Assembly: GCA_963759805.1 (NCBI GenBank)
Contig: CAVXAT010000008.1
Coordinates: 101,054 to 165,053, forward strand
Origin: an uncultured bacterium
GTDB lineage: Bacteria; Babelota; Babeliae; Babelales; RVW-14
Direction of reading: 5' to 3'
DNA: 64,000 nucleotides
Of the stretch, positions 34,597 through 43,760 are shown piece by piece. Made by a program: the position numbers and the translations under genes. The stretch's first letter is position 1, and the number at the start of each line of letters is the position of its first letter. The notes beneath the pieces were generated by a model. It saw nothing but the letters and a program-made list of their open reading frames with translations. It was not told where the DNA came from and did no database searches.

Positions 34597-34910
34597 AGTT
34601 GGTTTTTAATATTGAAACATCTTAAAGCTCGATTTATTTTGTACAAAATTATGTCAGATTCTGCTTGTATTCTTGAATTTTGTCAAGATTGGACAAAAAT
34701 AATTACATACTGAATAAATCACAACCGCCAAATTTTCATACTTTTATAAGAGTCAATTTAAGAAATTTTATGAATTAATGGCATGCTAGCGCTTGTTTTT
34801 ACGCTTGATTACATATAAAATAGCTTCATGTACACTAAAAATCCAATTTTCAGATCTGTGTTGGATCCAGGAATTTTGGATAAACTTTATTTAATTAAGG
34901 GGGTCTTGTT

Positions 34911-35576
34911 ATGTTAAAGCGTTTCGCACGTTTGACATTGGTCGCAGCGGTTGTTTTATCTTCTGCTTTGAATGCAGGAAATGATTCTTTTTCTTATGAC
35001 ATTTCAAAAGAACTAGCCATTTATCAAGGATTCAAAGCTGATAAGTCTGATGCTACAACCGAATGTTCAATGGATCTTATTGTATCACAAGATGGCTCAG
35101 ATTTTGATGATTTACTAGTCAAAACAATCAAAAAATTGGCACTGGAAATAAATCCAGAAAAAGCAGCACAGATGTATCTTTCTTCTGTCAAAAATACTTA
35201 CGACAAAGCTATGACTGCAATCAATTTTGAATCGATGACAACCAGTCAGAATGAAGACGAATTCAAACAGGCTTTAGGTAAATTATTTCAGGATTTGTTC
35301 AATGAAATAACATCAAAAGATGCTTTATTAGAGCAGGCTATTTACTTTGCCACTTTTTCTGATGAAACAATAAAAAGCATTACAAATGCAATGTCAACAA
35401 ATATGCAGGAATATACCATCAAAATAGGTAATTTTGAATACACAAATGACACGCAGAAACTTGCTCCTGAACTTAAAAAACTGGTTAACGACCTTTTAAC
35501 AAACTGTTTAAATTCAATGGCAACTGTGTTCGAAGATCACGGATATGAAATTGATCGTCAAAGTCTTGGTTTATAA
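34911..35576 (+). CDS. Secreted hypothetical protein
   Basis: Signal peptide ending LNA; RBS; downstream terminator. Confidence 0.8.
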   Translation: MLKRFARLTLVAAVVLSSALNAGNDSFSYDISKELAIYQGFKADKSDATTECSMDLIVSQDGSDFDDLLVKTIKKLALEINPEKAAQMYLSSVKNTYDKAMTAINFESMTTSQNEDEFKQALGKLFQDLFNEITSKDALLEQAIYFATFSDETIKSITNAMSTNMQEYTIKIGNFEYTNDTQKLAPELKKLVNDLLTNCLNSMATVFEDHGYEIDRQSLGL

Positions 35577-35614
35577 TTAAAATAGATTCCAGAAATTTCT
35601 GGATTTAGAATTTT

Positions 35615-35644
35615 TTAGCTGGTGGATGAAAATCCACCGGCTAA
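35615..35644 (+). terminator. Rho-independent terminator
   Basis: TTAGCTGGTGGAT-GAAA-ATCCACCGGCTAA then TTTT. Confidence 0.75.
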
Positions 35645-35675
35645 TTTTATGCAATAATATACTTATTATCAATCA

Positions 35676-35750
35676 TCAATCCTTCCAATCTTTCCATCCA
35701 CTATCGACGTAAGCCCTATTTGGAGCATTTGGTATATTGGTAGGCCTAGG
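35676..35750 (-). pseudogene. Gene fragment with an integrase-repeat-unit-like motif
   Basis: Reads PRPTNIPNAPNRAYVDSGWKDWKD*; no start codon. Confidence 0.45.
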
Positions 35751-35918
35751 TTTAATTGCAAATTTGAAGCCAAACAAACTCCACCATCCCCCAATTATTT
35801 CATTTGTAATTAATCACCATTTTTTACCCCCACCCCATTTGTTAAACCCAATCAGATCAGGCAAGCTGTAAATATGCGGTTATAAGAATATCTAAGTAAT
35901 TTTATTGGGAGTTATTCA

Positions 35919-36437
35919 ATGTATACATCAGAGAAAGAAAATATTATACGACACAGGTGGCTGGGCGCATTCTATGTATATGCATTTTGGATTTTGCTTT
36001 ATTATGGTTTTTACATGTCATTGGCCTGCTATCAGGATGTAACCAATAATACAATTAATACAATGCAAAAAAACAATGTTTTAACGGGTTTTATATTTAT
36101 AGTCCTTATAGTGCTTCTTTTTGTGCATTATTATTTTGGTTATAAAAAAAGGGGAACTCGCCTCTTAGCTTGGATGACAATAATCGGTGGATTAAAATTT
36201 ATTTCTAAAATCCCAGCAACAGTATCAGATGTGCAAAGTATTTTTGTTAAATTTGGATTAACCAATTTTATAATTAATTGTGGCTACGTCTTGGAAATTG
36301 GCGGATTACTTATTTGTACTTATTATCTAATTAATTGCTGGAAACTCTATTCATTAAATTCTGCCATTAAACACGCCAATAATAAAAATAAAAATATTTC
36401 CGATTCTGAGTGTGGGGAGAAAGTATGCAGATCTTAA
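35919..36437 (+). CDS. Membrane hypothetical protein
   Basis: About four hydrophobic segments; GGAG RBS. Confidence 0.7.
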   Translation: MYTSEKENIIRHRWLGAFYVYAFWILLYYGFYMSLACYQDVTNNTINTMQKNNVLTGFIFIVLIVLLFVHYYFGYKKRGTRLLAWMTIIGGLKFISKIPATVSDVQSIFVKFGLTNFIINCGYVLEIGGLLICTYYLINCWKLYSLNSAIKHANNKNKNISDSECGEKVCRS

Positions 36438-36976
36438 AAGATTTTAATCTCGTTCTTAGAAAAACTGCTGGTTGGATAAAACTTTGCCTTGCTTTGTCTG
36501 TTGCATGGTTAGTATTTTCATCAAGTATATATTTGATCAATTACATTATTTCAATATCAACTCAATCAAGCCAATGTTTTATGGAGAATGGGATATTTGA
36601 GTTTATACTATTGCCAATTCTTATTGAATGGTTATGTGTATGCTTCATTTTTTGGATGCGCCATCGAAATATTTTACCCCAAATAATGAATTCAATAAAA
36701 ATGCTCAATAAACCAATAATTGAAGGGTTGGGTATAATCTTGGGTGCGTATCTACTTCTGTACCCATTTATTTGTTCCGCTCTTTGTTGCGAAATTTCTA
36801 TTTTTACGATTCCATCTATCATACTTGTGCTTATATTAAATAAAACTCTCTGGATATTTATATTCTTGTTCTGGTTTGGATGGAACCTATTATCTATTTT
36901 AAAAACCTCTCAATCAATTCTAACAAGGTCTAAATGTTGCTGTGAAAGAGAGCATTCGGATATACCAAATCGGTAA
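36425..36976 (+). CDS. Membrane hypothetical protein
   Basis: Hydrophobic ORF coupled to the previous gene. Confidence 0.65.
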   Translation: MQILKDFNLVLRKTAGWIKLCLALSVAWLVFSSSIYLINYIISISTQSSQCFMENGIFEFILLPILIEWLCVCFIFWMRHRNILPQIMNSIKMLNKPIIEGLGIILGAYLLLYPFICSALCCEISIFTIPSIILVLILNKTLWIFIFLFWFGWNLLSILKTSQSILTRSKCCCEREHSDIPNR

Positions 36977-37051
36977 TTAAGATGAAATCACGGTAGGACA
37001 GACTGTTATTTGGAAGGTTATATTTATACAATGCTTTACAATGGGGGATTT

Positions 37052-37558
37052 GTGAAAAATTTATCTAATCGGCTGTCATCATTCATTATAAAACGCCAAA
37101 AGAATGTAGAAATAAATGGGATTTTAATCAATTTTTCAAAACTTGTATCCGAGGTTGAGCTGGCAGAAATTGAACATTTGCGAAATAAGTCATTTGATGA
37201 ATTAATTCTTGTTGCAAAAAATGGTAATAGAGTCGCACTTTTTATGATAGGGATGTATCTTTTAAATGTTGATACTGATAATTTGGTTGAGCAAGGTTAT
37301 ACTTTCATAGCGTTATCTGCTTCACTCGGATTTTTTTCAGCCCTCAATTTGATACAAGCTCGCTATTCAGCAGCAAAAAAGGCCCAAGAAGACTATTCGA
37401 CACTTTTCCTTGATGCTATTTACTCATTATGCTCTCTACGACAACTTGAGAATTCTTTAGAACCACAATATGAAATAAAAAAATTCATTATAAAAAATTG
37501 TGGAGAAAAAATTTTTAAAGAAATTGAAAAAATAGCTCTACAAGTAAGCTTGAAATGA
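37052..37558 (+). CDS. Sel1-like repeat hypothetical protein
   Basis: AKNGNRVALFMIGMYL...LSASLG. Confidence 0.55.
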   Translation: MKNLSNRLSSFIIKRQKNVEINGILINFSKLVSEVELAEIEHLRNKSFDELILVAKNGNRVALFMIGMYLLNVDTDNLVEQGYTFIALSASLGFFSALNLIQARYSAAKKAQEDYSTLFLDAIYSLCSLRQLENSLEPQYEIKKFIIKNCGEKIFKEIEKIALQVSLK

Positions 37559-38418
37559 TTTTAAAAAATAAAGAAAATTTTCAAAGTTCCATCAATAAAA
37601 GAGAGTATTTCTTAAATCTAATACCTATAACAGATGAAGACTTCAACTTAGGCAATGATTACTGGCTTAATTATTGGAAAAATAATAATTCGGATTCAAT
37701 AATACCTGGTTGGGTAGAAGAATTAAAAGAAATGGCACCAAGAGATCCTTACCAGGGTTTATGGATTAGAAAAGACTTAGGCCCTGATAACTTGGATTGG
37801 ATGGGTGCTGGAATTTACAATCTTGCACAATCAAATTCTACATTATGTGTGCCCGAAAATTACATTGTTTTAACTCGTAAGGAAGCATATAAAGCAGCAA
37901 TACTTGTTAGAGAACAGTTTCCTGGAGCTCTTGAGGTTGTAATTCGTGGTTTGAAAACATCCAAAGATTTGGAGATTTGGCTTTACCACTATCAAACAGG
38001 ATACATTTCTTTGGATGATTGGAACAATGTTGATCCTACTTGCATTTTAAATGCAATCCAAAAACGTAGCGTAGAGTTTAACATTGAAAGCAAAAAAAAT
38101 GGGTTTGAAGTAGAATACAATATTCTTGGATGGGTACAAAAACCAATATTAGACCGGAAGGCAAACACGGTATGTTGGGCGCTTAAAATGCAAGGGACAG
38201 ATCCCTTTACAAGTGCTGTTGTTATTAAACTTGGCCGCAGAGGATTTGTAAGGTTTGAATATATATCACATAAAGCTTCCGTTGAAGGAGAGTTAGACTT
38301 TCTTATAAATGCACATAGTTTTGACGAGGGATTTCGTTATGAAGATTATATTCTAGGGGATCAAATAGCTAACTATGGAATAGCTACTTTAATAACTGAA
38401 AAAATCTTAGCAAAATAG
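37555..38418 (+). CDS. DUF2167-like protein
   Basis: GYISLDDW, GWVQKP...WA, LGRRG, F.EG.RY.DY..GD.IA.YG. Confidence 0.7.
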   Translation: MILKNKENFQSSINKREYFLNLIPITDEDFNLGNDYWLNYWKNNNSDSIIPGWVEELKEMAPRDPYQGLWIRKDLGPDNLDWMGAGIYNLAQSNSTLCVPENYIVLTRKEAYKAAILVREQFPGALEVVIRGLKTSKDLEIWLYHYQTGYISLDDWNNVDPTCILNAIQKRSVEFNIESKKNGFEVEYNILGWVQKPILDRKANTVCWALKMQGTDPFTSAVVIKLGRRGFVRFEYISHKASVEGELDFLINAHSFDEGFRYEDYILGDQIANYGIATLITEKILAK

Positions 38419-38489
38419 CTAAATCAGATATAGAAATATTTAAAATTAATGAAATTGTTCATGAAATCAGAATACAGGGCTCAAAGAAT

Positions 38490-39521
38490 ATGAACACTCA
38501 AAGAATTTTTAATAATATCGATGAATTGTTATCTTTTCTAATAAAACATCCTGAATCAAAAGATAGTTTAGCGATTAAAATCATTATCCAAAATTTAGAA
38601 TTTTTAAAAGAAGAGTGGAAAACAGTTGTATCTTACAATTCAAATCCAAATGACAAGATTAATTTGGAAACTTGGTTCGATAATTGTTTCTGGATAAATT
38701 ATTTGGGAGCCTTTATTGAACTTGTAGCTTTATTGCAGCATGATGAACAATCTGAATCCGACAAATTAATCCGACCTGAAGCGATCAAATTAATTCAAGA
38801 TACATCTTGCATTTCAATAGCAAAGGCCTTCATTTTGTGTAGATTCATTAGATACTCAAGTTATACAAAAAACCGGTTTGAATGGCTTCATGATGAGTTT
38901 CTTAGAAATGCATTAATGATCTTAACCAAACAAATATTTTTACGCATTTTCTCCTTAGCTGAGAGTTCTATTGTAGAATTATACAACAAAATGCTTCAAC
39001 AAAATGAAATTGAAAAAATTGAACCTCAAATTAATATTTTACGTAAACTTTTTGAGGAGTTAAAGAAAAAAGGGCCACTTGATGATGCTATCACAAAGAA
39101 AATTGATAAAGAAATTAAAAGAATTGAAAACAGCGAAATTCCACCGTTTCAAAGGGTAATCCGTTCTATAACGGAAAAGCTTCTCAACGAACACGAAAGA
39201 GATGCCCAAATCAATCAGTGGCTATTTATGGCAGACTTGAGAAATTCTTTGATGCATAGGGTAGATACTGCAACAACAGATAGGGCTACGACCCTTTGGG
39301 GAAGAGAATTCCGGTTGAAAAAAGGAGAGCTTTTCACAAGCACTGAGTACAATGATCAATACATCATTTTTTCAATACGAATAATTCAAATGTTTTTAGA
39401 ATTAACCTGCAGAATCAACCAAAGTGATAAATGGGAAAATATTAAAAAAGCTTTTTTAGAAATTCAACCAGACAATGCTGTCAAACAAAATGCAGAAAAA
39501 TGCGCTGACAATTGTTTGTAA
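38490..39521 (+). CDS. Hypothetical protein with HEPN-like RxxxxH motif
   Basis: Helical protein with DLRNSLMH in the C-terminal third. Confidence 0.65.
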   Translation: MNTQRIFNNIDELLSFLIKHPESKDSLAIKIIIQNLEFLKEEWKTVVSYNSNPNDKINLETWFDNCFWINYLGAFIELVALLQHDEQSESDKLIRPEAIKLIQDTSCISIAKAFILCRFIRYSSYTKNRFEWLHDEFLRNALMILTKQIFLRIFSLAESSIVELYNKMLQQNEIEKIEPQINILRKLFEELKKKGPLDDAITKKIDKEIKRIENSEIPPFQRVIRSITEKLLNEHERDAQINQWLFMADLRNSLMHRVDTATTDRATTLWGREFRLKKGELFTSTEYNDQYIIFSIRIIQMFLELTCRINQSDKWENIKKAFLEIQPDNAVKQNAEKCADNCL

Positions 39522-39747
39522 CCAACTGGATACTCTCTAGTCCATGTCTTATTGATATTGGGATCATGCCGTTGCTGGAAGTAGAAAGCTTTATTTTAAT
39601 AATTTTTCGCAACACACCTTTTTTTGTACGATTTAGTTTGACCTTAAGCCTATTTTTGCGATATTTTTATATCTTAATATTTTTATTTTATCGGTTATTG
39701 GGAGTGGGTTGAAATATTTTACAATGTTATTTTTTAAAGGATTTTTT

Positions 39748-40602
39748 ATGCTAAACAATTTTTCACATCGAAACGGATTAACTCCTTTGCCTAGTTTTCT
39801 TAAATTGGGAGAGCTTCCGCCCAGCGTTAGAAATGATATTGAACATGAAGTCAAAAAGTTTTTTTCTAAATATTATAACTTATGTGATCCAAATGAGATT
39901 TTAAATGATTTATTAGTAAAACATTTTGATAAAGAGCTTCAACCATTGCCTTATCCCAAAGAGCATGTGCTATATAGCTTTCTCAGCGCTGCCCCATATC
40001 ATGAGGTTCTTGATATATTAGAATTTATTATCAATCATCAAAATGTAAAAAAAATTGATGTCAAAAATGTGCTTGGTGAATGCATCCATGATGTTTTTGA
40101 ACAGCGAAGGGTTGCGTACTTTCTTTTTAAAGATGGAGACTCTTACAAATTTTATCCAAGAGCATCAGAAGAAGAAGGTAAGGCGTATGTTTGCGCTATA
40201 GAGAATCTCACACAAGATGACGCATTTTTTCCAGCTAAAACGCATCTTTTAAAAGCTGGCGATAAATTAAGACGATCGGATTATGCAGGAAGTATTCAAG
40301 ATAGTATTCATGCGGTAGAATCTGTGGCTAAAATTATACTTAAAAAAAAAGAGGATATGGATTTTAAAAAAAATAAGTTTTCAGATGTACTTAGACATTT
40401 GAGTACTGAATTTGGTTTTCACCCATCTTTGAAAGAAGGAATTATTAAGATTTACGGCTTTACTAGCGATGAACAATGTCTTAGACATAGTGCAACTGGA
40501 GAGCCAATAACGGATTTAAATGAAGACCTGGCATTATTTTTTCTGGGTATTTGTTCTAGTTTTGTTACCTATTTTATAAAAAAGTATAATTCTAAAAAGT
40601 AA
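39748..40602 (+). CDS. AbiJ-NTD4-like / HEPN-like protein
   Basis: N-terminal FSHRNG...L...VRN; C-terminal SIHAVES, HPSLKEG..KIYGFTSDEQCLRH. Confidence 0.7.
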   Translation: MLNNFSHRNGLTPLPSFLKLGELPPSVRNDIEHEVKKFFSKYYNLCDPNEILNDLLVKHFDKELQPLPYPKEHVLYSFLSAAPYHEVLDILEFIINHQNVKKIDVKNVLGECIHDVFEQRRVAYFLFKDGDSYKFYPRASEEEGKAYVCAIENLTQDDAFFPAKTHLLKAGDKLRRSDYAGSIQDSIHAVESVAKIILKKKEDMDFKKNKFSDVLRHLSTEFGFHPSLKEGIIKIYGFTSDEQCLRHSATGEPITDLNEDLALFFLGICSSFVTYFIKKYNSKK

Positions 40603-40706
40603 TAAAGGATTAAAGATGAAAACAACGTTAGCTGAGGTATGTGCAAAGCTTTCCAAAGCTTCAAAAAATCTATGGAACGCTTATGCAACTCATGATTTTA
40701 AAAAAG

Positions 40707-41345
40707 TCATAACGCCCTCGCAAAGCGAGGGGCTTGACGGCTATGAGCAGTCTCAAAGACTGCCAGTTAAACTAAAATACTATTCAAAAACGTTAAACAA
40801 TTCCATCTTCATCAACCTGTTGCCCATCAAGTTGCTCTTGCTTGCTGATGTATGCCTTGATGCCTTCCTGATCGTAGCCAACTGTTGAAACCGCATAACC
40901 TCTTGCCCAAAATTTTTCTCCGTTAAAGTTTCTTGTACGTCCACTAAATTTTCGAGCAATGGCTATCGCACTTTTACCCTTCAAATACCCAACAATCTCC
41001 GCAACTGCATATTTGGGCGGGATCCTGATCAGCATATGAACGTGATCTTCTACCAAGCTTCCCGATATAATTTCACATCCCTTTTGCAATGCAAGCTCCC
41101 GAAATACTTCCCGCAAAAATGCCCTTCTTTCTCCATACATCTTTTTCTTTCTGTATTTGGGTACAAACACCACATGATATTTGCAATCCCATTTTGAATG
41201 ACTTAAACTGTCATACATCGATGTTGTCATATATTTTCCTATCGAGCCGTCAGCCCGATGAAAGTATATCTCAACATCGTATTTTTTAAACTAACGCAAA
41301 GGCCAAGCCTGGAGAGTCCGACTAGTCAAACTAGTGGTTTACCCT
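40707..41345 (-). mobile_element. IS200/IS605-family element (tnpA only)
   Basis: tnpA flanked by subterminal hairpins CCCTCGCAAAGCGAGGG (~40715-40731) and ACTAGTCAAACTAGT (~41321-41335); ends approximate. Confidence 0.88.
40793..41230 (-). CDS. tnpA: IS200-family Y1 HUH transposase
   Basis: CKYHVVFVPKYR, DHVH, YLKGKS, FWARGY, YI..Q. Confidence 0.95.
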   Translation of the reverse strand: MTTSMYDSLSHSKWDCKYHVVFVPKYRKKKMYGERRAFLREVFRELALQKGCEIISGSLVEDHVHMLIRIPPKYAVAEIVGYLKGKSAIAIARKFSGRTRNFNGEKFWARGYAVSTVGYDQEGIKAYISKQEQLDGQQVDEDGIV

Positions 41346-41445
41346 CGCCGAAGCAATTAGTGCACGCACAAATGAATATTTGCGTTGCTATGACGAATGG
41401 ATTAGATTTAAAAAAATTTACTGCAAATTATAATTAATTAGCTAT

Positions 41446-41551
41446 GCAATTTATATCCGCATGTTTTTAGTTCTAGTAGCTTGGTTTGAAGTGAGACCGT
41501 GGTCGCACCGGACGGTGCTTCATAAGAACTAGCGGGCTGCCTGAAGTCCAT
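41446..41551 (-). ncRNA. Structured non-coding element, candidate IS110-family end / bridge-RNA-like, without transposase
   Basis: Nested stems TAGTTCT/AGAACTA, TGAAG/CTTCA, ACCGT/ACGGT with internal loops; begins ATGGAC. Family assignment rests on recalled resemblance only. Confidence 0.45.
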
Positions 41552-41557
41552 TATTTT

Positions 41558-42403
41558 TTAGCTCAAAAAGCCTTTAACTAACAACTGCTTGGCTACAACA
41601 CGATTTATCCCACGAATTTCAAGATAAAAAAGCTGCTCTTCGTCTATAACCCTGGTGACAGCACCATGCCGGCATTTAACATCATCGTTTTCAATCTCAA
41701 GCTGCGGGCTGGAAATAACGTGCGCATTTTGACCAATTATTAAATTACGATTACTCTGATTAGCAAATGATTTACAAGCATTTTCATGAACTTTAATTTT
41801 ATTGTCACATTCAACTCTTGCACTATCAAATAAAACATTTTTTATACAAAGACAACTGGATGTATCAGGATGCAAATGATTCTGTAGTGTTTGAAATTTA
41901 AATTTTTGAGAACTTACAGCCAAAGATCTAATTCGAACTTTTGCATGAGCATTAGATCCATTTAAATTCAAGGTTAATTTTTTGGTTAAATTTGAACTGC
42001 TATCTCCAAGCTCCTGCAAAATTGCCTGGTTATACTCCAGGTTAAGCTGGGGTTTTAGTCGGCACGTATAAAAAAGTTTGCTGTTTTCATGTAAGTCAAA
42101 TTCAATATCATGTTTGATGGTTGTTAGCTTTAATAAATCAGCAAACTCAATCCAATCATCGATTATCTCGAGATTAACATTTTTTTCTAAAACTATTTTT
42201 ACGGCAAGGCAAGAAGGAAAACCACTAATCCATGGATTCCAGCCGTCGCTCTTGGAGAGCTTTGGCGGACAGGCCTGAAACAAGTTCAGGATGACAGTTT
42301 GATCGATCAAGTCTTTGAGCTTGACCAAAACATTGGGAGATTTGTCAATTTTTATCTGGACTTTATTGACCTGGGCCTTATTAAGTTGGACTTTTGCGCT
42401 CAT
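41558..42403 (-). CDS. sufD: Fe-S cluster assembly protein SufD (short)
   Basis: [24 protein letters not shown]. Confidence 0.85.
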   Translation of the reverse strand: MSAKVQLNKAQVNKVQIKIDKSPNVLVKLKDLIDQTVILNLFQACPPKLSKSDGWNPWISGFPSCLAVKIVLEKNVNLEIIDDWIEFADLLKLTTIKHDIEFDLHENSKLFYTCRLKPQLNLEYNQAILQELGDSSSNLTKKLTLNLNGSNAHAKVRIRSLAVSSQKFKFQTLQNHLHPDTSSCLCIKNVLFDSARVECDNKIKVHENACKSFANQSNRNLIIGQNAHVISSPQLEIENDDVKCRHGAVTRVIDEEQLFYLEIRGINRVVAKQLLVKGFLS

Positions 42404-43760
42404 CCCACGCTCCCTTCCATCTCAAGCTCAATCAATCTGTTAATCTCAACTGCAAACTCCATGGGCAACTCTTTTACAAACGGCTCAACAAAACCGTTAA
42501 CAATCATTGTCCTTGCCGAATTAACATCAATTCCACGACTTGTCAGATAAAAAAGTTGATCATCATTAATTTTGCTCACACTGGCCTCATGCGCGCAGTT
42601 AACAGTATTATCTGCAAGGTTCATGGTTGGGTAAGCGTCAGAACGTGATTTGCTATCAAGGATAAGGGCATCGCACTGGACAAATGATTTGCAATTTTTT
42701 GCACCTTTAATTACCTTAACAAGACCTCTGTAACTTGAGCGTCCGCCATTTCTACTGATTGATTTTGAAATTACTCTTGAACTTGTATTTGGTGCAAGAT
42801 GAATCATTTTTGCACCGGTGTCTTGTGTCTGCTCGTGGCTACTTGCAATTGCAATTGATAAAACCTCTGCCTTTGCACCCTCTTCTTTTAAAACGACAGC
42901 CGGATATTTCATCGTAACACTGCTTCCCAAGTTTCCATCAATCCATTCCACAACAGAATTTTTGTAAGCAACAGCACGCTTGGTTACAAGATTAAAAACA
43001 TTTTTAGACCAATTTTGAATTGTGTAATAACGCACTCTTGACGATGGCTTTGCAATAATTTCAACCACGGCGCTATGCAAAGCACTTGTGCTGTATGCCG
43101 GAGCAGTACACCCTTCAACGTATGTAACAATACTGTCTTGATCTGCAATTATTAATGTTCGTTCAAATTGCCCTACTCGTTCGGCGTTAATTCTAAAATA
43201 CGCCTGCAAAGGAACTGTCACATGAACTTTGGGCGGAACATAAATAAAGCTTCCGCCACTCCATACGGCTGTGTTCAAAGCAGCAAACTTATTGTCGTTA
43301 TATGGCACGACTGTGCCGAAATACTCTTTAAAAATTTCCGGAAACTCTTTGAGCGCAGAGTCAGTATCAAGAAAAATAACGCCCTTTTCTGCCCACTCTT
43401 TTTTTAAATTATGATAAACGACTTCGGATTCATACTGCGCGCCAAGGCCGGCCAGATATTTTTTTCAGCTTGGGGTAAGCCAAGATGCTCAAATGTTTTT
43501 TTTATATTTTCCGGAACGGCTTGCCAAGAATGCTCTGTCTTTTCAGTCTGTTTAAGATAATAAAAAATATTTTGTGGATCGAGGGCTGAAAGATCCGGGC
43601 CCCATTTGGGCATTACCGAGTTAACAAAATGCTGCAAAGCTTTTAACCTGATATCAAGCATCCATTCGGGTTCTTGTTTTTGCGCCGAAATCTCTCTAAC
43701 TATTTTTTCATTAAGACCAAGCTCTGATTTAAATGCATAATTTTGATTATCTTTTGTCAT
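42400..43760 (-). CDS. sufB: Fe-S cluster assembly protein SufB, 1-nt frameshift in an A7 run at ~43459-43465
   Basis: One extra A restores [36 protein letters not shown]. Confidence 0.9.

Noticed and set aside
34863..35603. Similar TCCAG..ATTT.TGGA palindromes flanking gene 34911..35576 as cassette ends
   Set aside because: Short, imperfect, with no other mobility evidence.
40616..40888. 90 aa ORF as a gene
   Set aside because: Read-through from an interrupted ORF into the IS200 end.
43404..43470. Programmed frameshift or true pseudogene in sufB
   Set aside because: One missing base in an A7 run of an otherwise intact gene; assembly error is more likely.
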